From positions 70,655-134,654 of the forward strand of contig JAGOOG010000001.1 in the NCBI GenBank assembly GCA_017992605.1: a DNA stretch of 64,000 nucleotides, given 5' to 3'. The position numbers and the translations under genes are program-made. Each line of letters begins with the position of its first letter. Position 1 is the first letter of the stretch. This stretch comes from Deltaproteobacteria bacterium. Its GTDB lineage: Bacteria > Desulfobacterota > Desulfomonilia > UBA1062. Positions 9,736-18,789 of the stretch are shown here, piece after piece. The notes beneath the pieces were generated by a model, which was given only the letters and a program-made list of their open reading frames with translations, made no database searches and was not told the DNA's origin.

Positions 9736-11895
9736 TTACCCCCTTTCACTGAATGACGACTCGATGCGCCTCTTGCGGGCGTGCCTCCTGATCCACACGA
9801 ACAGCCCGAAGACGACCACGATCACGGGCAGCCCGGCGATATTGAACGCCTTGGCCAGGACCCTGAACCCCTCGTCGGTAACGGTCAGGGGGTTGAGCGA
9901 CTGGACCTTGCTCCTCATGAGGGCGGTATCCTCCCTGCCGTTCAACGCGTCGACGACGTTCATGATGAAGATGGCATTCGGATTGTCTCCCTGCTCGGAG
10001 ACGAGGCTGTCCGTTATCATCTCCGACGACCCGATGACGAAGATACGGGCAGGTTTCGAGGCGGTCAGGACCGCTCCCTCGTGTTCGAGCACCCCGGCAT
10101 CGCTCCGAGGGGTGCCCTGTTCCGGTGCGGCCTGTTCGGGAGTGGCCGAACCAGGGGTGCCCACGGGTTTCTCCGGGATGGGCTTGCCTGCGAAGTAACT
10201 CGGGAAGCTGCCCTCGACGATGCACGCCAGGACCTGCCGCTTCATGGCGGAGGGATCGGCAGGCGGCTGGATGAACATGGGATTCAACACGATCTGGTCC
10301 TTTATCTCCCAGGACCGGTCCGAGGTGGTGAAGAGCACCGTGGAGGTGAGCTTGTTCTCGCGGATCCGGGCTTCGTCGATGGCCAGTGGTGCTACCCGGT
10401 AGGCGATGAGCTCCCTGATGTTCCTCATGAACAAGGGCTCGTCGTTGATCTGCGACGGGTCGATGACCGGTGCGAAGTAGAGGGCCTGTTCCCCGCCACC
10501 GTACTGCTCGGGCATGCGCTGCTTGAAGCACTTCTCGTCCATGGCCAGGGACCGGTTCACGGTCACGCCGTAATGCTTCAGGAGCCTGTCCATGTCTGTA
10601 TCGACGGGTACGAGCTGGCCCTGCTGCATGGGAGCCCCCTGCTGCTGCGGCTCCATGAAGGGGTCGAGGAAGATGGCCAGGTTCGTCCCCCGCATGAGGG
10701 CCTGGTCGAGCTGGAACAGGTCGTAATCGGTGAACTGTTCGGTGGGCCGCACGACGAGCAGGCACGAGGTGCCTTCGGGGATACCCTTTTCCAGGGAGAG
10801 ATCCTTGACGGAATAGGTGCGGGACGCGAGTTTCTGGAAGTTGTTCAGCGACGAGGGGGAGCCCGGGGGTCCGAAGAGGGCCAGGGTGCCACGGTCGTCA
10901 AGGTAGCCGAGCGTCTCGTTGATGCCGATGAGCGACTCGACGCTCTGTTCGACTGCCTCCTGCACGGATTCTATCGGGGTGAGCCTGTACTGGGTTCCGA
11001 ACAGGGGGATGGAGTAGGCCTGGAGTATGGGCACCATGAAGGACTTGTCCCCGTACTCGGTGACCAGGCCGACGACACCCGCCCCACCGGGTATCTTTCC
11101 TTCTTCGAGGGCCGGCCACTTGAGCATCAGGAGGTTGTAGTCCCTCGAGAGCTCGTTCATCTCGGACTCGGTGCGGGGGTCCACGAAGGCGTACTCTATC
11201 TTGCCGTACATGCGCGAGTTCAGTGCGTCCACGGCCTTCTTCACCCCGTCGGCCACCGCCGGGAGGTCCTTGATGTCCATGCGGGGCGCCACGTCCATCA
11301 GCGAGGACGAGAGGAAGAGCTTCACCTTGACCTTGTCCTTGAGTCCCATCAACGAGCTGATCTTGTTGTTGAGACGTTGGATGGAGGTGGTGAGCTTGTA
11401 TTCGAGGCCGTCCGTGCTCGTGATGGTGGGGATGCGCTCCACCATGTCGCCATGGATGATCACCAGGCCCATGTAGGCCTGCTTGAACTTCACCTCGTCC
11501 TTTTCCACCACCTGGATCTGGACGGGATTGATGCCGTAGCTGCCGGCGAGCTTGCGGTTCTCGCCCGATCCGGCCGCGTCGATCTCGCCCTCGGCGCTGA
11601 CGTCGTAGAACCGGTAATTGAAATACGTGTTCGCATGCAGGGCGTACTCGCCCAGGATGTCCCTGAGGTACTGCTCCACGCTGTTGTAGGGGGCGGGGAG
11701 GTTGCGGGTGAAAAACACGTTGATGGTCAGCGGTTCCTTGAGGGTCCCGACCACCTCCCGGCTCACCTTGGACAGGGAGTAGACCTTGTTCGAGGTCAGG
11801 TCGAGACGGAAGAACAGGGTCGCGGCGACGAGGTTCACGAGCACGACGACCACCAGGTAGATACCGAACTTTCCATAGCGCGGGGTTTTCTTCAT
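9736..11895 (-). CDS. GldG-like ABC transporter auxiliary component, with long C-terminal extension and C-terminal TM
   Basis: Start taken at the internal Met (MKKTPRYGKFGIYLVVVVLVNLVA) preceded by GGAG. N-terminal TM then SNKVYSLS...INVFFTRNLP, typical of the GldG family. About 170 extra residues precede the C-terminal TM (GLPVIVVVFGLFVWI). Confidence 0.75.
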   Translation of the reverse strand: MKKTPRYGKFGIYLVVVVLVNLVAATLFFRLDLTSNKVYSLSKVSREVVGTLKEPLTINVFFTRNLPAPYNSVEQYLRDILGEYALHANTYFNYRFYDVSAEGEIDAAGSGENRKLAGSYGINPVQIQVVEKDEVKFKQAYMGLVIIHGDMVERIPTITSTDGLEYKLTTSIQRLNNKISSLMGLKDKVKVKLFLSSSLMDVAPRMDIKDLPAVADGVKKAVDALNSRMYGKIEYAFVDPRTESEMNELSRDYNLLMLKWPALEEGKIPGGAGVVGLVTEYGDKSFMVPILQAYSIPLFGTQYRLTPIESVQEAVEQSVESLIGINETLGYLDDRGTLALFGPPGSPSSLNNFQKLASRTYSVKDLSLEKGIPEGTSCLLVVRPTEQFTDYDLFQLDQALMRGTNLAIFLDPFMEPQQQGAPMQQGQLVPVDTDMDRLLKHYGVTVNRSLAMDEKCFKQRMPEQYGGGEQALYFAPVIDPSQINDEPLFMRNIRELIAYRVAPLAIDEARIRENKLTSTVLFTTSDRSWEIKDQIVLNPMFIQPPADPSAMKRQVLACIVEGSFPSYFAGKPIPEKPVGTPGSATPEQAAPEQGTPRSDAGVLEHEGAVLTASKPARIFVIGSSEMITDSLVSEQGDNPNAIFIMNVVDALNGREDTALMRSKVQSLNPLTVTDEGFRVLAKAFNIAGLPVIVVVFGLFVWIRRHARKRRIESSFSERG

Positions 11896-11905
11896 GGGCG
11901 GCTCC

Positions 11906-12610
11906 TTAACGCTTTTCCTGCATGAGAAGGTGTGCGCCATACAGGGCGATGAAGATCACGCTCAGGAAATAGACGATGTCCCTGGTGTCCACGATGCCCT
12001 TGGCGATGTTCTCGAAGTGGGAGGTCGCCCCCAGGTAGTGGAAGAAGGTCAGCACGGGCGCAGGGAAGAAAAAGAGCATCTTGTCGATGAGGCTCAGCGC
12101 GAAGCAGATGATCATGCCGATGATGAAGGCCACGATCTGGTTCCTGGTGGTGGCCGAGGCGAAGATGCCGATGGCGCTGTAGGCGCTCCCCAGGAGAACG
12201 GCCCCCAGGAAGCCCCCGATGACCGGGCCCCAGTCGAGGTCGCCCATGAACGAGGCCCAGACGGCATAGGAGAGCGTCGGCACCAGCATCAGGGTGACGA
12301 AGGCCACACAGGCGAGGAATTTGCCGACGATCACGTCGTTCAACCGCACCGGCAGGGTGAGCAGCATCTCGAGGCTGCCGATGTGGAGTTCCTCGGCAAA
12401 GAGGCGCATGGTGACTGCGGGGATCACGAAGGGAAAGACGAGCGGCAGCATGGAGAAGAAGGCCCGCAGCGAGGCCTGGTCCATGATGAAGAAGGTGGCG
12501 AAGAAGAACCATCCCGTGATCAGCAGGAAGATGCAGATCACGATGTAGGCAATGGGCGTAACGAAGTAGTCCTTGAGTTCCTTGGCGAATATGTGCAGTG
12601 CCTGAGCCAT
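11906..12610 (-). CDS. ABC-2 family transporter permease (GldF-like)
   Basis: Six predicted TM helices. Conserved ABC-2 features. Confidence 0.75.
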   Translation of the reverse strand: MAQALHIFAKELKDYFVTPIAYIVICIFLLITGWFFFATFFIMDQASLRAFFSMLPLVFPFVIPAVTMRLFAEELHIGSLEMLLTLPVRLNDVIVGKFLACVAFVTLMLVPTLSYAVWASFMGDLDWGPVIGGFLGAVLLGSAYSAIGIFASATTRNQIVAFIIGMIICFALSLIDKMLFFFPAPVLTFFHYLGATSHFENIAKGIVDTRDIVYFLSVIFIALYGAHLLMQEKR

Positions 12611-12611
12611 G

Positions 12612-13550
12612 CTATTCCTCCCGCGTCAGTTCTCTGAAGATCTTCTCGAGGGACTTGCCTTCCTGGCGGAGTTCCAGGAGTATCCAGTCCGTGGCACGGA
12701 CGGCCCGGTAGATGTCCTCACGCAGGTCGGATTCGCCTGCAGTGAAGATGGTCATCCTGAGTTCGTCGGGTGTTCCCGAGGGCACCTCTTCGACGCAGGT
12801 GACGCCGGCCATGCCCGAGAGCAGGTCCCGTGCCCGGGCGGGGTCGGCCCCCTTGAAGGCCAGGTGGATCGTCTTCTCTTGGCCGGTTCCCATCGTGAGC
12901 ATCTCGGTGGATCCGTCGGCAACGATCCTGCCCCTGTCGATGATTACGATGCGGTCACAGGTGGCCTCTGCCTCGCTCAGGATATGGGTGGACAGGATGA
13001 TGGTCTTGTCCCTGCCGATGGAACGTATGATGTCGCGGATCTCCACGATCTGGTTCGGGTCGAGACCCGAGGTGGGCTCGTCAAGGACGAGGATCTCGGG
13101 GTCGTCGATCATGGCGTGTGCCAGCCCCACGCGCTGCTTGAGACCTTTGGAGAGTTCACTGATGGGCTTGTGCATGATGCCGGTCAGCCCGCACAGGCCC
13201 ACCATGGCACCGATGCGTTCCCGCTTGCTCGCGCCCTCGAGACCCTTTATGCGTGCCACGTAGTCCAGGTAGTCGAAGACGAGCATGTTGTGGTACAGCG
13301 GCGCAGACTCAGGCAGGTATCCCATGAGCCTCTTGATGGCCAGCATATCCGTGCCGGTGGTGTAGTCCTTGACGCGGATGCTGCCCGAGGAGGGCTCGAG
13401 GTAGCCGGTGAGCATACGCATGGTGGTTGTCTTGCCCGCACCGTTGGGGCCCAGGAGCCCGGTGATCTCACCCCTGCGGATGTCGAGGTCGATGCCGTCG
13501 ACGGCGCAGAAATCACCGTAGTACTTGGTGAGCTTCTCCATGTGGATCAT
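12612..13550 (-). CDS. ABC transporter ATP-binding protein (GldA-like)
   Basis: Walker A GPNGAGKTT, Q-loop, signature LSKGLKQRVGLA, Walker B ILVLDEPTSGLD, H-loop. Confidence 0.9.
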   Translation of the reverse strand: MIHMEKLTKYYGDFCAVDGIDLDIRRGEITGLLGPNGAGKTTTMRMLTGYLEPSSGSIRVKDYTTGTDMLAIKRLMGYLPESAPLYHNMLVFDYLDYVARIKGLEGASKRERIGAMVGLCGLTGIMHKPISELSKGLKQRVGLAHAMIDDPEILVLDEPTSGLDPNQIVEIRDIIRSIGRDKTIILSTHILSEAEATCDRIVIIDRGRIVADGSTEMLTMGTGQEKTIHLAFKGADPARARDLLSGMAGVTCVEEVPSGTPDELRMTIFTAGESDLREDIYRAVRATDWILLELRQEGKSLEKIFRELTREE

Positions 13551-13695
13551 TGCACATCCCCCTGTACCGTAAGCGGTTTCGATTGCCCCACAGCGAAGAG
13601 CACATGAGGCGCTGGTGTTCTGATAAAGAAAATTTTATGGGATTTGTCAACACATCTGTTGCTTAGGCCATGCCGTAAACGGCAAAAGGGTGGAC

Positions 13696-13733
13696 GGCAT
13701 ACGGGCAGGCCGTTGAAGAGCTACCCGTATGCC
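13696..13733 (-). terminator. perfect 10-bp inverted repeat (GGCATACGGG ... CCCGTATGCC) immediately downstream of the lipoprotein gene on the minus strand; weak U-tract
   Basis: Read directly: stems at about 13696-13705 and 13724-13733. On the minus strand the hairpin is followed by cccttttgcc. Confidence 0.35.
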
Positions 13734-13743
13734 GCATCTCGTT

Positions 13744-14814
13744 CTATTCGGTAGAGAACACGATGCCGTAGCCGCCGTCGTAGACGAGGACATCGTCTTC
13801 ATAGACGTCAATGACACCGGGAGAAACCTCTTCCGTGGTATAGATCAGGAATCCATCGTAGAACACGCCGCCGGCAGCGCTCCCCTCGGGCATGAAGCCG
13901 ACGCTGGTGATCTCGTCCCCGTCGGAATTCTCAAGGAAACCCAGCATGCGGACATTGCCGAAATAAAGGAGATCGATATCCTCGGAGGGTATGTTGTTCC
14001 AGTACCAGTAGTAGTTCCAGGAAAAGCCGTCCCCTGGGCCCAGAACAGAATCCCAGCTCGTGTCGGTCCAGCTCAGTGTCTGAGTCCCCTGTTGAACGGG
14101 CACCCCCGAGGGGGGTGTGCTGCCGGGGAAGGGACTACCGGAGTACGTGATGGACCCGTCATCTTCAAGGAGATCGTCGTTGACCTCTATCTGCAGGAGG
14201 GTGTCACCCGAAAAGATCACTTCCTCGATGACCCTCGTGATAATAAGCGCGGACAGGGATGCCTGCCACCGCCAGTATTCCTCGTTCTCGTCGAGGTACA
14301 GGGCGTACAGTTCGTCCCACGTATAGGTTTCCTGGGCCCCGTTATTCAGGCTGATGGTCGCACCGGGCGAGGGGGATGTGACGACGGTCAGGGAGACGGT
14401 GTCGGGAAAGCCGCCGGTCACCTTGAAAGACCCCTGGGTCGGGTTCCTGCCGGTCTCGGCAGTGATGTCGCTCAGGACCTGGATGGTGAAGGCGTTGTAC
14501 GGGGCTTCCCACCCCTCTCTGACAATGTTTATCAGCGAGTCTCTTCCCAGGGTGCATATCCCCGAGTCGACGACATAGGTTCCGGTGACAGGAGCCAGGG
14601 TGCCCAGGGTCACACCGGAGCCCCCCTGGTCGGTGATGGTGAAGGGGTCCAGCTCGTCTATGGAGAGAGAAAAGGAGAACTCCTCAGGGATCGTGATGTC
14701 GTCGCCCCCACCGCCCCCTCCACCGCTGCTTCCACCGCAGGATGACAGAAGGGTCAGTAGGAAAACAACGGCAATCGTGCAGGATACGGGTCGGGTCTTC
14801 GTGGCATAGCTCAT
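13744..14814 (-). CDS. secreted lipoprotein, unknown function (Gly-rich linker, aromatic-rich beta domain)
   Basis: Signal peptide with lipobox LLSSC, SGGSSGGGGGGGDD linker, W/Y-rich segment WNYYWYWNN. No known domain recognised. Confidence 0.6.
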   Translation of the reverse strand: MSYATKTRPVSCTIAVVFLLTLLSSCGGSSGGGGGGGDDITIPEEFSFSLSIDELDPFTITDQGGSGVTLGTLAPVTGTYVVDSGICTLGRDSLINIVREGWEAPYNAFTIQVLSDITAETGRNPTQGSFKVTGGFPDTVSLTVVTSPSPGATISLNNGAQETYTWDELYALYLDENEEYWRWQASLSALIITRVIEEVIFSGDTLLQIEVNDDLLEDDGSITYSGSPFPGSTPPSGVPVQQGTQTLSWTDTSWDSVLGPGDGFSWNYYWYWNNIPSEDIDLLYFGNVRMLGFLENSDGDEITSVGFMPEGSAAGGVFYDGFLIYTTEEVSPGVIDVYEDDVLVYDGGYGIVFSTE

Positions 14815-14937
14815 GCAGTTCCTCCTTTATGAGACACCTCTCACTGGTGACATGCATTTCCCTGCGACATGACGCAGGCTCTTAACCATTATTACCTTCA
14901 AGCCCCCCCGGTGTCAATGAAATGAGAACCGAGCCCG

Positions 14938-15162
14938 GTGCACACTGGTGACAGGGGGATGCCGGTGCCGGTCCCTTCTGAAAAGGAGGTCAAGAGCGTC
15001 GCCAATGTGGCCAGGGCGGACATCGGCGAGTTCCTCCGGCTCGCCGCTGAAATCCCGATCAGTCCCGAGGTGCAGGAGTCCCCCCTCGAGGATGCGAACA
15101 GGGCCCTCGTGGAACTCAAGCGGCGCAGGATCCGGGGCGCCAAGGTCCTGGTCGTTGAATGA
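14938..15162 (+). pseudogene. remnant C-terminal fragment of a zinc-dependent (MDR-family) alcohol dehydrogenase / quinone oxidoreductase
   Basis: The 74-aa ORF ends ...SPLEDANRALVELKRRRIRGAKVLVVE*, which matches the conserved C-terminus of MDR dehydrogenases (P-L-E-x-x-N-x-A-x-x-x-L-x-x-G-x-x-x-G-R-x-V-L). No N-terminal catalytic or Rossmann part is present upstream. Confidence 0.4.
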
Positions 15163-15416
15163 TGGTGCGGGAAAAGGAAGCGGGTTTCTGGTTTCTGTGT
15201 GTGGGATATCCCTGCGCGAGGGGTACACTCCATCGAATAGCCGGGGGTCTCAAGACGGACAGACGACGATGCGGGGTGCAGAAACGAAACGGCAAGTAAC
15301 AGGAAATATTTGCCGTATCCAACCCGGAGGCCCCGGCTGAGACGTCGATTGTGAAAAAAACCTTTCATTCTCCTCATGATTTTGATAGGATGTGCACTGG
15401 ATTGAAATGATTTTTC

Positions 15417-15959
15417 ATGAAAGGAAGGGTTCCCATGTACACTGCAGAATCACTCTCTATCATCGAAGAAGTGCTTGAGAACGAGCGGCGTGAGGTGGCA
15501 TTCTTCCGGCGGCTGTCCGAACGGATCAAGACCCCCTTGGGAAAGGCAGTCTTCAGGGATTATGCCGAAAAAGGCAAGGAGCATTGCAAGAGCCTCAGGA
15601 CCTTGCACCAGGAACTTTCTGCCAGGAGCGGTGCTGCCGACCCCCAGTCGTCGTCTGGCTCGACCGTGATGGACCATGACGATTACGAGGCAAAGCTCTC
15701 CCGAAGCATGGACAGGGCCCTGGCCGATTTCGACGACCTCACCGCCCTCGACATTGCAGCACGGTTCGTAAGAAAGACCACCCGCTTCATATCGAGATCG
15801 TACGAGTCCCTCAGGGACCCCGCCCACAAGGAGGTGCTCAGGGCCATCGAACTCGCCGAGCGCGAGAACTTCATCCACCTGAAGAACATCGAGGAATACC
15901 TGAAAAACCCTCACGGATGGTTCCGGGAAATGGAGCACCACGGCCTCGACGGCGCCTGA
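15417..15959 (+). CDS. ferritin-like / rubrerythrin-like four-helix-bundle domain protein (hypothetical)
   Basis: Helical. Paired E...EH and E..E...H segments (EKGKEHCKSL, AERENFIHL) suggest a di-iron ferritin-like fold. Good RBS (AAGGAAGG). Assignment tentative. Confidence 0.45.
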   Translation: MKGRVPMYTAESLSIIEEVLENERREVAFFRRLSERIKTPLGKAVFRDYAEKGKEHCKSLRTLHQELSARSGAADPQSSSGSTVMDHDDYEAKLSRSMDRALADFDDLTALDIAARFVRKTTRFISRSYESLRDPAHKEVLRAIELAERENFIHLKNIEEYLKNPHGWFREMEHHGLDGA

Positions 15960-16176
15960 GCTGCACAAGCCACCTCGGAGGCACCGCACTCCTCGCCAAC
16001 GGACAGGGGCGACTGCCCGGGACGGCAGCGTCCCGGATCCCTGCAAGGTACGCGCTCACTCCAGCTTGAAGTTGCACAAGTCGTTCCTTACATCTATAAC
16101 AAGCACAGGCGGTGATGTCGCCCACGAGGTGCTGCGGATCACGGCCCATCAACCATTCAATCGACGAGGAGGACGC

Positions 16177-16935
16177 GAGATGTCCGCACCAGGAACAGCT
16201 CAGGATCATGCAAACATGTGGAAGGTCGTCAGGGTGCAGCCCGAAAGCCACGACACGAACTCTCTCTTTCTGGAAGGCAGCGACGAGAAGTTTCTCGGGA
16301 GAAAGGCCGGCCAGTACGCATCCATCAGGATCATGAGGCCCGACGGATGGAGCGAGCCCCATCCGTTCACCATATCCTGCGCCCCCGAGGATGCCCAGTT
16401 ACGCTTCACCATAAAGAAGATCGGGAAATTCACTTCCGCCGTCCCCGACCTCATGCCCGGGACCCCGGTGAAGTGCGCAGGCCCCCTCGGCGTCTTCTGC
16501 ACGGACATCGATGCCCGTCCCTCCATCGTGATGATTGCAGGAGGCGTCGGCATAACGCCGTTTCTGAGCGTGCTGCGGCATTTCCGGAACATCGGCGCCG
16601 GCAACGAGGTGAAACTCTTCTGGTCCAACAAGACCATCGAGGACGTGATCTGCTCCGACGAGATCTCCGAGATGACGAAGGCCCTCAGGCTCAGGGTGAT
16701 TCACAACCTGAGCCGCGATGAGGACGTGAAGCGTCACAGGCGCGACTCCTTTCCCGAGGTCTTCTATGAGCCCGGAAGGCTCGGTGCGGATGTCCTCGGC
16801 AGGCACGGGGTATCGGCCGGGTCCGCGTTCTACCTCTGCGGACCGCCGCCCATGATGGACTCCGCGCTGCAGGAGCTGTCATCGCTGGGAGTGGACCCTG
16901 ACAAGGTGGAGCGTGAGAAGTTCAGCTGGAAGTAA
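16177..16935 (+). CDS. FAD/NAD(P)-binding oxidoreductase (ferredoxin-NADP reductase-like)
   Basis: RxYS-type FAD motif (QYASIRI), GGVGITPFLSVL NAD(P)-binding glycine-rich loop, C-terminal CGPPPM motif. Confidence 0.7.
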   Translation, partial: EMSAPGTAQDHANMWKVVRVQPESHDTNSLFLEGSDEKFLGRKAGQYASIRIMRPDGWSEPHPFTISCAPEDAQLRFTIKKIGKFTSAVPDLMPGTPVKCAGPLGVFCTDIDARPSIVMIAGGVGITPFLSVLRHFRNIGAGNEVKLFWSNKTIEDVICSDEISEMTKALRLRVIHNLSRDEDVKRHRRDSFPEVFYEPGRLGADVLGRHGVSAGSAFYLCGPPPMMDSALQELSSLGVDPDKVEREKFSWK

Positions 16936-16967
16936 GCACGGGTATGGCCGGTCGTGAGACGAGCGCG

Positions 16968-17429
16968 ATGAGGGCGTCACCGGGAAGGAAGAAGGTGCTG
17001 TTTGTCTGCGTGCACAACAGCGGCCGGAGCCAGATGGCCCAGGCCTGGCTGAATCTCGTCTGTCCCGACCTGTTCGAGGCACAGAGCGCTGGCATAACGC
17101 CATCCCGCGAGATAAACCCCCTGGTCGTCGAGATCATGTCAGAGGTGGGGGTCGACCTGTCGGGACGCAGGCCCAGGAGCGTCTTCGATGTGTACAAGTC
17201 CGGGGAGGTCTTCTCCTACATCATCACGGTGTGCGACGAGGCCAGTGCCGAAAGGTGCCCGGTGTTCCTCGGTCTGATCAGGCAGCTGCACTGGAGCTTC
17301 CCTGACCCTGCCGCCCTGAGAGGGACCCGCGATGAGATACGGGAAGGGATACGCACGATCAGGGACGCCATCCGAGACAGGATTGTCGCATGGTGCCGCG
17401 AGGTCTCCTCAGGGGCACAAAACCCGTAA
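16968..17429 (+). CDS. low-molecular-weight phosphotyrosine phosphatase-family arsenate reductase (ArsC, thioredoxin-coupled type)
   Basis: P-loop CVHNSGRSQMAQAW (CX5R) and downstream Cys pair (ITVCDEASAERCPV) typical of LMW-PTP-type ArsC. Confidence 0.7.
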   Translation: MRASPGRKKVLFVCVHNSGRSQMAQAWLNLVCPDLFEAQSAGITPSREINPLVVEIMSEVGVDLSGRRPRSVFDVYKSGEVFSYIITVCDEASAERCPVFLGLIRQLHWSFPDPAALRGTRDEIREGIRTIRDAIRDRIVAWCREVSSGAQNP

Positions 17430-17432
17430 CCC

Positions 17433-18188
17433 TCACGAGTCTTCCATGACAACACCCACGGGGCAATGGTCGGAGCCGTAGATGTCCTTCAGGATGAAGG
17501 CATCCTTGAGCCTCGGTCTGAGGGAAGAGGAGATGCAGAAGAAGTCGATGCGCCACCCGATGTTCTTGGCCCTCGCATTGAAGCGGTACGACCACCAGGT
17601 GTAGTTGTCCGGGCCCGTGTCGAATTCCCGGAAGGTGTCGATGAACCCCGATTCGACGTACCGGTCGAAGCCCGCGCGCTCCTCCCTGGTGAAGCCGGGG
17701 TTGCGTTCGTTGGATTTGGGGTTCTTCAGGTCGATCTCCTTGTGCGCCACGTTCAGGTCGCCGCAGAACACCACGGGCTTTGTCCGTTCCAGCCCCTTGA
17801 CGAACGACAGAAAATCCATGTCCCAGCGCTGCCGGTAATCCAGGCGGGCGAGTCCGTGCTGGGCATTGGGGGTATAGACGTCGACCAGGTGAAAATCGCT
17901 GTACTCGAGTGTAATGACACGGCCTTCGGTGTCGTGGTCTTCGACGCCCATCCCGTATGAGACCCCCAGGGGTTCTCTTCTGCTGAACACCGCTGTTCCC
18001 GAATAGCCGCGCTTCTTCGCAGAGTTCCAGAACAGGTGGTACCCGTCCAGAGGGACGTGGATTTCGTGCGGTGAGACACGGGTCTCCTGCAGGCACATGA
18101 TGTCGGGGTCCATGGAGGCGAAGCTCTCCATGAAGCTGTTCTTCAAGGCAGCGCGCAGGCCGTTCACGTTCCAGGACACAAGCTTCAT
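17433..18188 (-). CDS. xth: exodeoxyribonuclease III
   Basis: MKLVSWNVNGLRA start preceded by GGAGG. Conserved motifs: QETR (CLQETRV), CGDLNVAH (FCGDLNVAHKEIDL) and the C-terminal SDHCPV. Confidence 0.85.
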   Translation of the reverse strand: MKLVSWNVNGLRAALKNSFMESFASMDPDIMCLQETRVSPHEIHVPLDGYHLFWNSAKKRGYSGTAVFSRREPLGVSYGMGVEDHDTEGRVITLEYSDFHLVDVYTPNAQHGLARLDYRQRWDMDFLSFVKGLERTKPVVFCGDLNVAHKEIDLKNPKSNERNPGFTREERAGFDRYVESGFIDTFREFDTGPDNYTWWSYRFNARAKNIGWRIDFFCISSSLRPRLKDAFILKDIYGSDHCPVGVVMEDS

Positions 18189-18309
18189 GAGCAGACCTCC
18201 TGGGAAGGGTCGTTTGCCTTGCTGATACACCAGAGTTGACCGAATATACAAGGGGTGTCGGGGACAAAATATCTTTGACACGATTACCTGCTTCAGTTAC
18301 GTTCTCTCC

Positions 18310-18606
18310 ATGGCAGACCCGAAGACTGCGGCGGACGCCGTGCATGAACTGGAAAAAGTCTGTGCAGGCATTACCGATCCGGACGAGATGGTCTCCTTCT
18401 TCGAGGAGATCTTCACCCCGCGCGAGCTCCGCGACCTGGACCTGCGGTGGAGGCTCCTCAAGGAGCTCCACGAGGGGCAGACGCAGAGAAACATTGCCCT
18501 GCGGTATCGTATCAGCCTCTGCAAGATCACGAGGGGATCGAGGATCCTGAAAAAGAAGAACTCCACCACGAAGAAGATTCTCGACACCATCTACGGAAAG
18601 CGATAA
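18310..18606 (+). CDS. TrpR-like protein, YerC/YecD family
   Basis: 98 aa. LRWRLLKELHEGQTQRNIALRYRISLCKITRGSR matches the YerC/YecD Trp-repressor-like HTH. Confidence 0.7.
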   Translation: MADPKTAADAVHELEKVCAGITDPDEMVSFFEEIFTPRELRDLDLRWRLLKELHEGQTQRNIALRYRISLCKITRGSRILKKKNSTTKKILDTIYGKR

Positions 18607-18789
18607 AAGACCCCCTTTGAACCTGCAGGAAGCGGCCGTTTATTCCGATTCCACATCCGAGATTTGATATTCCCTTTTGACTTTTTCCGGCTGGCATTTA
18701 CCTTACTACAGTGGAGGCAATGCCGCCGGCGTCGGGGGTACTGCCGTGTCAGAGAGCAGAGCCGTACACGATGGGGAGGTCGTGCCATG

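Noticed and set aside
9781-11925. 714-aa plus-strand ORF antisense to the GldG-like gene (and similar long antisense ORFs at 1293..3170 minus, 7505..8656 minus, 13729..14745 plus, 48034..49482 minus, 57526..59589 plus, 59662..61482 plus, 62862..63821 minus)
   Set aside because: Typical high-GC shadow ORFs. Their composition is Arg/Gly/Asp/His/Pro-rich with no domain signatures or RBS. Each lies opposite a gene with strong family motifs.
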